Shown piece by piece: positions 35,230 through 46,578 of a stretch of DNA of 64,000 bases. The DNA lies in assembly GCA_964016885.1 (NCBI GenBank), contig OZ024740.1:62434001-62498000 (forward strand), in the 5' to 3' direction. Within the stretch, counting starts at the first letter, position 1, and every line of letters begins with the position of its first letter. The position numbers were made by a program, and so were the translations under genes. The stretch comes from Eledone cirrhosa (taxonomy: Eukaryota). The notes below the pieces were generated by a model. That model made no database searches. It was not told the DNA's origin and worked only from the letters and a program-made list of their open reading frames with translations.

Positions 35230-35470
35230 GTTGTTTTTTTGTTAAAAATAAATATTGGGTACAAAACCCCAATAAGCAGTTATTTAACCACGAAAGGCCA
35301 AATAACGGGCAGAAAGACCCCTCTCACGAGGAGGAGGGTGTTTTTGTCTACAAGTTGGTCTAAGTTTTAAACAATTTACAATTGTTAAAGCGTTCAAAAT
35401 TTACAATACCTTACAGAGCCGAGCCTCCGTCAACCATAGCATTCAATAATAATAATAATAATAATAATAA

Positions 35471-35807
35471 TGTGGATGTAGCCTGCCCATTCGACACGAG
35501 AGTGCAAGAGAAGGAGAGGGAGAAAATTAACCGATACCAGGACTTGAAGTGGGAGGTAAAAAGGATTTGGAACTGCCATGAGGTCAAAGTGGTCCCGATT
35601 GTCATAGGCGCACTAGGTACTATCCCAAGGATGGTTAAAGAAAATTGGTCCCGCCCCGCTTTTTGGAACACTTCAAAAGGCATGCTTGCTGGGAACAGCA
35701 AGAACCCTCCGATACGTCCTGAATATCTGAGGCTGCAGCTAGTGGCTTGATATTCATTTCAACAAACTTTCCAGTTAAATAACATCAATGACTGAGACTT
35801 AAAGAAC
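35471..35807 (+). mobile_element. 5'-truncated copy of the same Dong/R4 family
   Basis: Matches 23024-23370 (VDVACPFDTRVQEKEREKINRYQDLKWEV... plus 3'UTR) with an internal deletion of about 10 bp; (AAT)n on both sides. Confidence 0.95.
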
Positions 35808-35840
<33 letters not shown>

Positions 35841-35842
<2 letters not shown>

Positions 35843-36073
35843 AATTATTGTGTACGGTGCTCAGGTGCACTACAACTCGTCAAAGGTGCATGTATAGTAC
35901 ATAGAATAATATACAAATGTCAGGGAAGTGAATAGTGTATGAGTCATGATATACATGTGTGTATGTGTATGGAGGGGGAACATTAGGTGTAGTGTTGGCG
36001 AATCTAGGGAAGCATGGAGGTTTTAAAGGATGCAGTGTCTCGACAACAAACAACTGATACAGGTAGTTTTTTC
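35841..36073 (-). mobile_element. 3' end of a CR1-type LINE fragment (distal part) with an (ATT)n tail
   Basis: Minus strand continues ...WN|KLPVSVVCCRDTASFKTSM from the piece at 41521-41720, then a 3'UTR and (ATT)n at 35808-35840. Confidence 0.75.
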
Positions 36074-36478
36074 TTTAGAATGTTAGTATCAGTATATAAA
36101 TATTATTAAAAATGACAATAAATGCAGGTGAGTGTTGTGACATGGTTTTACTTCACAGAAGTCAAATAAATTAATAGAAATAAATTTTACCACATGTTGA
36201 TGGTCAGTTGCCGGCGCAGGAATTGCGAGAGGAGTCATCTCTTGACAAGGTCTGAAGTGTTCATCTTGTTGCGGCGTAGGAAGTGAGAGGTCTAATGCGT
36301 TGATGTTCTTAATATATATAGTCCCCAGGGGGACGCAACTCTATTTAGTACATGGATCTGCCACTGGGGGTCGCGGCCGTCACAAAGGGATGCAACTCCG
36401 CTACAGTACCCTCCTCCAGACGATAGGCGAAAAGCCTGAAGGTAACTGTAGCGAACCCACAAGCATGGGCTCCCAGCA

Positions 36479-36699
36479 CAGGCATGAAATATTAACGCAA
36501 AGGTACATGTATAAATCAGGCATGAAATAGTAACGAAAAGGTACATGTATAAATCGGGCATGAAATAGTAACAAAAAGGTACATGTATAAATCAGGCATG
36601 AAATAGTAACGAAAAGGTACATGTATAAATCGGGCATGAAATAGTAACAAAAAGGTACATGTATAAATCAGGCATGAAATAGTAACGAAAAGGTACATG
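36479..36699. repeat. 38-bp tandem repeat (about 5.7 copies) in the Gypsy 3'UTR
   Basis: GGCATGAAATAGTAAC(G/A)AAAAGGTACATGTATAAATC(A/G), with alternating variants. Confidence 0.93.
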
Positions 36700-36879
36700 T
36701 GTACACAGTAATACAATAAAGAGAAAAACAAAAAAGGCGCCAGTGGCCAGTTCACATGAAAACAGTTTGGCAGAGTTTTTTGGGCCAGTGGACTCTTCGA
36801 CCGGAACGGGTCGTGGTCTTGTATGTAGGTGAAGGTGGGGCAGAAGGAGCAGGTATATGCACAATAGAGAAAGAATGGG

Positions 36880-39740
36880 TATTTGTGGCTCAGGTGTATG
36901 AGCGTCATTGTATGCCCTTTTTAGTCTATCCACCGAAATTGTCTCTCTGGACCCCTTAATGTCTACAGTGAAATGTTTTTCAGTACGTGCTAACACACGG
37001 TAGGGTCCAGAGTGCGGTTGTGTGAGGGGTGGAGTAACCGCATCGTTTCTGACGAATACATGTGTCCACGAGGCAATATCCCTCGGGACTGCAGCTTTAA
37101 TAGTTTGTTTCCTAGTATTCATGGTCGGTAAGTCCTGAAAATAGGAGCGCAAACGAGATACGTAGGAAACAGGGTCCTGGAAAGCAAGATCAACAGGGGC
37201 AAGAATTTGCCCAGGCAACGCTAGAGGAGCACCATACAGTAATTCAGCCGGGGAGAACCCAAGGTTCTCCTTTATTGATGACCGAATTCCTAACAACACA
37301 ATAGGAAGGTACTCGCTCCAACGTTGAGAGTCTGGATAGGCGCGAAGAGCGGTCTTTAATTGGCGGTGGAATCGTTCCACCATTCCGTTTGAAGCAGGAT
37401 GATAAGCTGTGGTCCGAATCTGTTGAGCACCAATGATCTTTGTGAGCTCAGAGAAGAGATGAGACTCAAATTGTCTACCACGGTCTGTGGTGACTGTAGT
37501 TGGTACCCCCAAAGCGGGTAATCCACCCTGATACCAGGGCACGCGCTACAGTCTCAACAGTAATATCTTTTAAGGGGATGGCTTCAGGCCATCGCGAAAA
37601 ACGATCGATACAGGTCAAGAGGTACGAATATCCACTACTGAATGGCCAAGGTCCAACGATATCAATGTGGATGTGTTGAAACCGAGAATCTGGAGTACTG
37701 AAAGTACCAAGTGGAGTCCGGATGTGTCTGTGGATTTTAGATCTCTGACACTGTGTGCAGGAACGGCACCAGACAGTAATTTCTCGCCTCATATTGAGCC
37801 AGAAAAATCTAGCCGTTATAAGCTTTACTGTGGCAGAAATTCCTGGGTGAGAAATGCTGTGCAAAGCAAGGAACACAATTCGAAGGTGAGTCTCAAGAAC
37901 AAATGGTCGTGGTGAATCCGTAGATAAATTACATAGAATCTGCCTGTCGGTGGTCGACAAGGGCAGATATTTGAAGATGCAAGTCGCAAATTCGGCAGAA
38001 AGAGTATCCAACGATTGGAGTGCAGGTTGGTCTGCAGCTAAACGACCTAAGTCGATCTTCTGGGATGACGAGATGGAGCTGATTGGCAAACGTGACAATG
38101 CGTCTGCAGCTATGTTATGCGAGCCAGCAATGTGCTGGATATCATTTGTAAATAGCGAAACGTAATACAGGTGCCTTGTCTCTCTGGGCGAATATCTGTC
38201 GGCTTTAGCCCTCAAAGCGAAGGTCAGAGGTTTGTGGTCGGTTAAAACAGTAAAATTTCTCTCCTCAAGAATATGAGAGAAATGTTTCACCGACAGATAT
38301 TTGGCTAATAATTCCCGCCCAAACGTGCTGTAACGCGTTTCTGCTGGTTTCAGCTTCCTTGAGAAAAATGCCAAAGGTTGTTGGTTTTCAGCGTAGGACT
38401 GCTGTAAAACTGCTCCCACAGTGGTATCAGATGCATCAACACAAAGCGAAAGCTTGGCCTCTGGTACCGGTGGGCTAGCAAAGATGAACTAGCGACTGCT
38501 GTCTTGGCAGTCTGGAAGTCTTGAAGCTGTCATTGTGTCAAGGAAATATCCTCATTCTTCTTACGACGATTTTTCAAAATGTCAGTAAGGGAAGATAGCA
38601 AATTAGCACAATGAGGAACGAAACGCCTATAGAAATTGATTAGGCCTAAAAAGTGACGCAACTGGTGAAGTGTAGTAGGCGGAGGTAAATCCTGTATGGC
38701 TTGGACTCGCTGAGGGAGCGGCCTAATACCTTCGGCGTCGATGAGGTGGCCTAAAAAATTTAGAACCGAAAACACACTTTGCGAGATTCACACGAACGCG
38801 GTAATCCTGAAGTCGCCGAAATAAGAGATGCATGTGGCGCATATGCTCTTCCGGAGAGGAACTAGGGGCGAGAATATCGTCTATGTAAGCATAAATGAAG
38901 TCCAGACCACGAGTGACTTCGTCTATGAACCGCTGAAAAGTGCTAGCGGCGTTCCTGAGTCCGAAAGGCATTTGGTGGTAGGCTCGCACTAAATCTATTT
39001 TTGAGAAAATCTTACACCCCTGCCATGAAGATGCGAAATCCTGGAGATGGGGTATGGAAAACCTATCCGGGACGGTCATAGCATTTAACCTCCTATAATC
39101 ACCAGTGGGTCTCCAGTCGCCGGACATCTTGGGCACCATGTGTAACGGTGAAGCCCAAGGACTCGTAGATGGGCGAATAATGCCCAGCTGCAGCATATGG
39201 TCGAACTCGGACCGTGCTGCCTTTAATTTGTCCGCCGGTAAGCGGCGTGGACTCGAAAACACTGGAGAACCGGTGGTGGAAATGAAATGTTCAGTTGAGT
39301 GTGTTGGCTCAGTGGCTCGAAAATTTCCATCGGTGAGCTCCGGGAAAGAACTTAACGAATGGTAGGCGTCTCCAGCGGCAGCGATGAAGAATATGGGGCT
39401 GACTGTTGGAGCATTGGCTTTCCGGCCACGGACGTCCACAGTCAAAGAGAAGTTGTGGAGGAAATCCGCTTCTAAGATAGGGTATGGCAAATCGGCAACC
39501 GTAAAAATCCACTTAAAATCCCTACGAAGATTTAGGAATTTGAGAGGAAGCGAGATTTGTCCATACGTCTTTATAGACGAGTGATTAACGGCCTGCAGAG
39601 TAACGGATGACTCTACGAGGGTATCTTTCAGGCAATGGACCGGCCAAATACTACAGGAGGCTCCTGTATCCACGAGGAAACGTCTTCCCAACATAAGGTC
39701 CTTAATGAAGAAATGACGGATGGTGGCTTTATGTTGAGGT
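36880..39740 (-). pseudogene. Gypsy pol (protease, RT, RNase H, integrase), multiple frameshifts
   Basis: FLVDTGAS; [28 protein letters not shown]; VDASD, FFSRKL, TDHKPL, ADALSR; HSISHPG...[33 protein letters not shown]. Confidence 0.92.
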
Positions 39741-39759
39741 CAACTGCCCCCATCAGCGG

Positions 39760-40549
39760 ACCTCTTTGGCGTTTCCCGACTTAGGAAACGAGCAAGGTTG
39801 CACGAAGTGGTTCGCGCTCTCGGCAAATCGCTCATGGTACCAGCATAAAGATGAGCTGGTGACTTGGAGCGGCGTCTAAAAGATTGAGATCTCCCGCGGC
39901 TGCGGGGCGCGAACGGGTACCACACCAGACCTTCATCTTCTGGAGCTCCAGGGTGAGTTCCTGAATGGCCCTCTGCATTGCCATAAAAGCTGAGCTCTCT
40001 GTAGGAGCTGCCGCGCAGATGGCATGGCCAAGTGTGGCCTGAGCTGGTTGGGAAACAGCGGCAAGGGCTTCGCTGCCTCCAGCACCCGTAACTTCGAAAA
40101 CTTTGTCCGTGGAGGCGACAAGCTGATCCACCGTGCAAGTATCCCTAATGGGGGCCAAAATTGCCTGTACGTTGGTCGGTAGGCGCGAGACGAACAACTG
40201 CTTCAGCATGGCAGTTTCCGCTACCGACCCCTCCGTTAGGTCCTTCATTCTCCTTAGGAGGTTCGATGGGGTGCCATCACCGATATGCTCCAGAGCCCTA
40301 AATCTTTTTTTCTGCGGACTGTGCAGTCCGGCTGAGTATTTCAGCCTTCAGGGACTTGTACGTCGCGTCGGTGGGTGTCTCTAACACCAGGTCCTTAATT
40401 GCTGGGATAAATGCCGGCGGAATTGCACTAAGGACCAGAGGACGTTGTTGTGCTTCGTCAATTCTGTTGGCCTCGAAAAATGCTTCGAGATGGGCGAACC
40501 ATAACCTTACGTCGCCCGTGTACGTAGGTAGAACAGAATGAGATGCCAT
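39760..40549 (-). pseudogene. Gypsy gag, frameshifted
   Basis: Lies between PBS and protease; MASHSVLPTYTGDVRLWFAHLEAFF... and LKQLFVSRLPTNVQAIL resemble gag of invertebrate Gypsy elements. Confidence 0.75.
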
Positions 40550-41097
40550 TGGTATACCGTAGGTAATCTGCAGAAAATCGTTTCCGTTTGGAAAAATGTC
40601 CCCTACACAAGGGAAAAGGAAAAAAAAATCGCTTGTTTTTCTCTGTTAAACAACTGGACAGGAAAAAGAATGCTTCCGAGACAACATGTAAAGGAGCCAC
40701 TAACCGAGCGATGTCATTAACAAGGTATAGGCAGGGAATTTAAAACTAAAACCAACATGGCGGACTATTTCGCGCCAAAAACACTATTGACGGAGAAGAA
40801 ATTCGCCATCTTGTTATCCTCAAACATTTTAGCCAGAGAAAAGAAGCAAAGGAGAAAAAACATTCATACAATTGTTGTTTTGTGTTTGTGTGTAAATAAA
40901 TGGAATGTTTGCTTTCCACATATGAGGAGTTTGATTGTAAAACGTTATAGATAAAGATGCTGAAATCAGTAAAATACATCCAGATCGGAATGAAGCGTGT
41001 TGTTCTGTATTAAATATTTTCTTCTTTCTCTTTTTTTTTTATATACACATGGTACCGTTTCCCATTCTTTTTTTTTTTTTTTTTTTTTTTTTAAAAA

Positions 41098-41110
41098 CGT
41101 CAGGTCACCA
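41098..41110 (-). promoter_or_regulatory. Primer binding site, probably tRNA-Trp
   Basis: TGGTGACCTGACG lies 1 nt after the 5' LTR and resembles the tRNA-Trp PBS TGGTGACCCCGACG. Confidence 0.7.
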
Positions 41111-41520
41111 ATTTAGAATGTTAGTATCAGTATATATATATTATTAAGAATGACAATAAATGCAGGTGAGTGTTGTGACATGGTTTTACTTCACAGAAGT
41201 CAAATAAATTAATAGAAATAATTTTTACCACATGTTGATGGTCAGTTGGTCACAACTCCCAGACTGGAGTGTGTAGAGAAGAACAGAAATCTTCTCTTGG
41301 AAAGGTTCAAGTGTTTCTTTAGGCTGCCGGCGCAGGAATTGCGAGAGGAGTCATCTCTTGACAAGGTCTGAAGTGTTCATCTTGTTGCGGCGTAGGAAGT
41401 GAGAGGTCTAATGCGTTGATGTTCTTAAATATATAGTCCCCAGGGGGACGCAACTCCATTTAGTACATGGATCTGCCACTGGAGGTCGCGGCCGTCACAA
41501 AGGGACGCAACTCCGCTACA

Positions 41521-41720
41521 GTTCCATGCTGCAGCAACTCTGAGCGTGAAAAAATGTTTCCGAAAGTCATGGGAGCTGTGCTGTTTTCTGACTTTGTGGG
41601 CATGTCCACGTGTGTTAGACACATGGAAATCAAAAAGGTACTCAGGGTTGTTGTTGGCAAGATGGTTAATAATTTTGTGGGTGTTTACAAAGTCAGTTGC
41701 CAGGCGTCGGAGCTTCAATG
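41521..41720 (-). mobile_element. CR1-type LINE ORF2 C-terminal fragment (proximal part, interrupted by the Gypsy)
   Basis: LRRLATDFVNTHKII...SNTRGHAHKVRKQHSSHDFRKHFFTLRVAAAWN matches the CR1 C-terminal pattern TRGH...FFxxRVxxxWNxLP. Confidence 0.8.
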
Positions 41721-41837
41721 TATGTAACGAATAATGTATTCTTATATTCTATATAGATTGTCTCCTGTTAAAATTTGATATGTTTTATTGTACATTGATA
41801 TCATTAGATATTTATGTGTATAATATACACATAAATT

Positions 41838-41916
<79 letters not shown>

Positions 41917-42182
41917 TAATTCACTATTTTATAATGTTTAAATGCTCAGATATATCCTTTGAATTTTTTCATTGAGCTGATTTTGGGAGACAAGACACAT
42001 TTTCAAGATTATCTCAAACATGACATCTATAACTTGAATGTATTATATATATATATAATTATTTTCTACGGACTAGGGTGAAGAAAGACTGGATATATTT
42101 TATGTAATAATTCCTCAAACTTGCAATTTTATATATTTTAAGAATATATCTGAGCATTTAATCATTACAAAATAGTGAATTA

Positions 42183-42241
<59 letters not shown>

Positions 42242-42466
42242 TGTATATATATATATATGTAATTTATGTGTATATTATACACATACATATCTAATGATAT
42301 CAATGTACAATAGAACATATCAAATTTTAACAGGAGACAATCTATATAGAATATAAGAATACATTGTTCGTTACATACATTGAAGCTCCGACACCTGGCA
42401 ACTGACTTTGTAAACACCCACAAAATTATTAACCATCTTGCCAACAACAACCCTGAGTACCTTTTT
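41634..42466. repeat. Long inverted repeat (foldback), arms about 330 bp, spacer about 170 bp
   Basis: 41634-41963 is the reverse complement of 42136-42466, including internal (TA)n tracts. Confidence 0.9.
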
Positions 42467-43128
42467 GTATATTATTATTATTTTGTATATATTATTATTA
42501 TTACTACTATCGTAATTTATTATAATATAACATTGAAATATGAGGAGAATCCGAAGCAGACAGCAACTGAGCTTAACTTAACTAAAATTGTGTTATTTGT
42601 TTTATTATGTCCCTGATTTACACAACTCTATAATTGGAATCATTAACGTAACTGTTCTACTTACTGAAACACTCAGTTTTAATCTTCAATTCCTAAAATT
42701 AACCCTAACTCCAACTTATATACATTTCTTATTGGAATCTTTTTCTCTACTTGATATGTTCCTGCCCCTCCCCCGCCAATATGTTGTATGCTTTCCGTGA
42801 GTGCATAGACTTTGGCTTGACCCAGGCGAATTACCATTCTCTGTAACACGATATTCTCCCCCTCATTGGCCTACTGTCCGAGGCTGCTGGTGTTGGGCGG
42901 TAGTATTGATTCGCCAAGTGAATTTTACATCCCCATATCCACTAGCAAACTAGTAGGGAAGATTTGTTCAAAATAACCTCAGTCAGAGGCGGGCGAGCAC
43001 TGTAGCAACATACTACTACGGCTGGCTCTAGGTCAAAGCATAGCACACACTTTTTTCTCTTTGTTTTTCTTTGCTTGTTTCCTTAAAGCTTACCATCATT
43101 TCCTCGGTATACATCTATTACGCAATTT

Positions 43129-43184
43129 ACTCCTGATGAAGTCACCGGGCTCTTACGGAACTTGGCCACTGAAATGTGTATAGT
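43129..43184 (+). ncRNA. Degenerate type I hammerhead motif
   Basis: ACTC-CTGATGA-AGT...ACT-GAAATGTGTA-TAGT. ATGTGT can be read as CpG-decayed palindromic ACGCGT (inference). Confidence 0.45.
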
Positions 43185-43519
43185 GTTTATAGTAATTAAA
43201 ATTAGGGAAATTAAACACATTTGGCCTCCCCTCATTTCACTTTATATGGCCTTTTGATCGATAAAAGGCCTTGGGCGCGCTGCTGATCGCTTTCGATGTC
43301 CTGTTTTAAGCACCGAAACATCTATGATCTGTAGTTAACAGCTGATGAAGGGGTTCTTCGCTTGTTTCGTCCATATTACCATCTTAAACTTTGTTTACAG
43401 TAAGCACACTGTCCGCTTCGTTTCTTGTAATTATATATATATACTAGCATCCAGATATATATGTTTATAGCTGACGTATCTAGCTTCGCTTGGATACACA
43501 GACGATAAGCCATCTGTGT

Positions 43520-44490
43520 AGTATAGTATTACTGTTGAAAATATGTAGTACAGTATTACTGTTAAAATATATATAGTATAGTATTACTGTTGAAAATATA
43601 TAGTATAGTATAGTATCACTGTTCAAAATATATAGTATAGTAATACTGTTGAAAATATATAGTATAGTATAGTATTACTGTTGAAAATATATAGTATAGC
43701 ATAGTATGACTCTTGAAAACATATAGTATAGTATAGTATTACTGTTGAAAATATATAGTATAGTATAGTATTGCTGTTGAAAATATATAGTATAGTATTA
43801 CTGTTGAAAATATATAGTATAGTATTGCTGTTGAAAATATATAGTATAATATTACTGTTGTAAATATATAGTATAGTACAGTATTATTGTTGAAAATATA
43901 TAGTACAGTATTACCGTTGAAAACATATAGTACAGTATTACTGTTGAAAATATATGGTATAGTATTACTGTTTAAAATATATGGTATAGTATTACTGTTG
44001 AAAATATATATTATAGTATTACTGTTGAAAATATATAGTACAGTATTACTGTTGAAAATATATAGTATAGTACAGTATTACTGTTGAAAATATATATTAT
44101 AGTACAGTATTACTGTTGAAAATATATAGTACAGTATTACTGTTAAACATATATAGTACAGTATTACTGTTGAAAATATATAGTACAGTATTACTGTTGA
44201 AAATATATAGTACAGTATTACTGTTAAAAATATATAGTACAGTACATCACTGTTGAAAGTATATAGTATAGTATTACTGTTGAAAGTATATAGTATTACT
44301 GTTGAAAGTATAGTATTACTGTTGAAAATATATAGTACAGTATTACTGTTGAAAATATATAGTATAGTATTACTGTTGAAAATATATAGTACAGTACATC
44401 ACTGTTGAAAGTATAGTATTACTGTTGAAAATATATAGTACAGTATTACTGTTGAAAATATATAGTATAGTATTACTGTTGAAAATATGT
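43520..44490. repeat. AT-rich minisatellite, unit about 27 bp (GTATTACTGTTGAAAATATATAGTATA), variants about 20-32 bp
   Basis: Direct reading; unit length varies by TAGTA pentamers. Confidence 0.93.
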
Positions 44491-44660
44491 ACACGAATAT
44501 ATAATTATGTATATATATAATTAATTAAAAGTTGGTTAGAAACGAAGTCAATGCAGACAGGCAGCCAGACAGAGAGAAATTATAAGGGTGCGACGTTATA
44601 GCTAGGTATCTATTTAAAGAGACATAGTAAGAGAGAGAGGAATGTCGTATTATGTATATT

Positions 44661-44785
44661 ACTAGCTGAGGTACCTAGCTTCGCCAGAGTTAACAAATGA
44701 TAAGAGAAGACCGGCAGAAGAGAAAACGTCTGTATTGAATGCATTGTCTTGTTTACAGTGTGTGTGTATTGTGAGTATGTTTGTG

Positions 44786-44862
<77 letters not shown>

Positions 44863-45745
44863 GCGTGTGTGTGTGTGTGTGCGTGGGCGTGCGTGTGTGT
44901 GTGTAAACCACCGTTGGAATCAGAGACATAGGCCGCGAAACACGATCATCACTGACAACGAACACGCAGAGAGAATCCCTTATGGTTGATTCCCAACCTG
45001 CTAGAAATAGCAGTCAGGTTGGTTAGCATACGTGGTATGTCTTTCTTCTTCTTTGGTGTTATAAAATTACTTTCAGTAAACTTTCCTGGATATACTCTTA
45101 TCCCAATCCTGTACATACTTTCCGATTGTCATTTTTCGTTTTTTTCGTGTGATACACGAAGGAACCAAACAACAAACATCTCTCTTTTATATCTCTTTTA
45201 TTTGTTCATTCAAAATATTTTTCAGCTAATTCTGTCGTACAATATACATCAGCAATCGTTATCTAATATTTAAAACATATGAATAGTTGCAATATATGCA
45301 CCATATCAAACGATATGAGAATTGAATACCATACTAAAGCGCCAGTAAGCTTGCTAAGAATCTGCAGATAGAAATGTTAATAAATACATTTGGCTTGGGT
45401 AAACTTTAAGATGTTCTTTCATTGTAGGTTTCTTTTCTCAGCCAGTACGTTAAAGAAAATTGATAGTTACAACAATAAAGGTTGAACAGAGAACACATTT
45501 TTAAACAAACTTTACAATAATTTGTACAACCATAATGGAAATTCCAAGTAACAGAAAATACATAAATTACATTGTTAGAGCCTCAGAGTATACAATATTT
45601 TTTGTTCGACCCTCGGGAGCAAAGATGAAGAGATTGTTTGGCGAGCTCACTCTAGAGCATCTATGGTTTTCCCAGATGAAGGCCAGACACTTTTAGGGTT
45701 TGACCCTGAGCTTTGTTGAGGTTAATCGCGAAGCTTAGCCTCTCT
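44661..45745 (-). mobile_element. Helitron 3' remnant: RepHel helicase C-terminus (45567-45745) and a probable 3' hairpin-CTAG terminus (44661-44690)
   Basis: Minus strand translates RLSFAINLNKAQGQTLKVSGLHLGKP, then after a gap CSRVSSPNNLFIFAPEGRTKNIVYSEALTM* (PIF1-like motifs V/VI). Terminus reads CTGGC-GAA-GCTAG...CAGCTAG|T. Linking the two parts is inferred. Confidence 0.75.
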
Positions 45746-45949
45746 GTTGCTCTAGTAACATTTTTTCTTCTGGAAAATCTGATCTAGCAGCCAGGCTAGG
45801 ACATTTTGGGTGGCATATCGGCAGTAACAATGACGATAAGCCGTCTGTGCTTTCGTGAAATAAATACGTTTGTTATAATAATTTTTCTTCTGGAAAATCT
45901 GATCTTGCGACCAGGCTAGGACTTTTGGGGTGGCATATCGGCAGTAACA

Positions 45950-46577
<628 letters not shown>

Positions 46578-46578
<1 letters not shown>

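Larger units (their letters stand above)
29415..35444 (-). mobile_element. Full-length Tx1/L1-type non-LTR retrotransposon, copy B (intact ORF2; ORF1 with a single homopolymer frameshift)
   Basis: Bounded by (AAT)n tracts at 29361-29414 and 35445-35471; AATAAA just before the tail. Confidence 0.93.
36074..41520 (-). mobile_element. Gypsy/Ty3 LTR retrotransposon, degenerate
   Basis: LTRs at 41112-41520 and 36074-36405 (the latter lacks about 76 bp), both starting TGTAGCGG. PBS TGGTGACCTGACG at 41098-41110; PPT GGAGGAGGG at 36409-36417; 4-bp TSD GTTC/TTTC with one mismatch; domain order gag-PR-RT-RH-IN. Confidence 0.93.

Noticed and set aside
20099-35245. Numerous antisense and alternate-frame ORFs overlapping the Dong and Tx1 ORFs
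   Set aside because: They are shadow ORFs with no motifs; their recurrence in both Tx1 copies reflects nucleotide identity.
36592-36900. env-like or extra ORF after the Gypsy integrase
   Set aside because: The hydrophobic translation comes from a frameshift and the 38-bp tandem repeat.
43310-43355. GAAAC...TGTA-GTTAACAG-CTGATGA as a type II hammerhead
   Set aside because: Stem I cannot be formed convincingly and the stem II partners are unclear.
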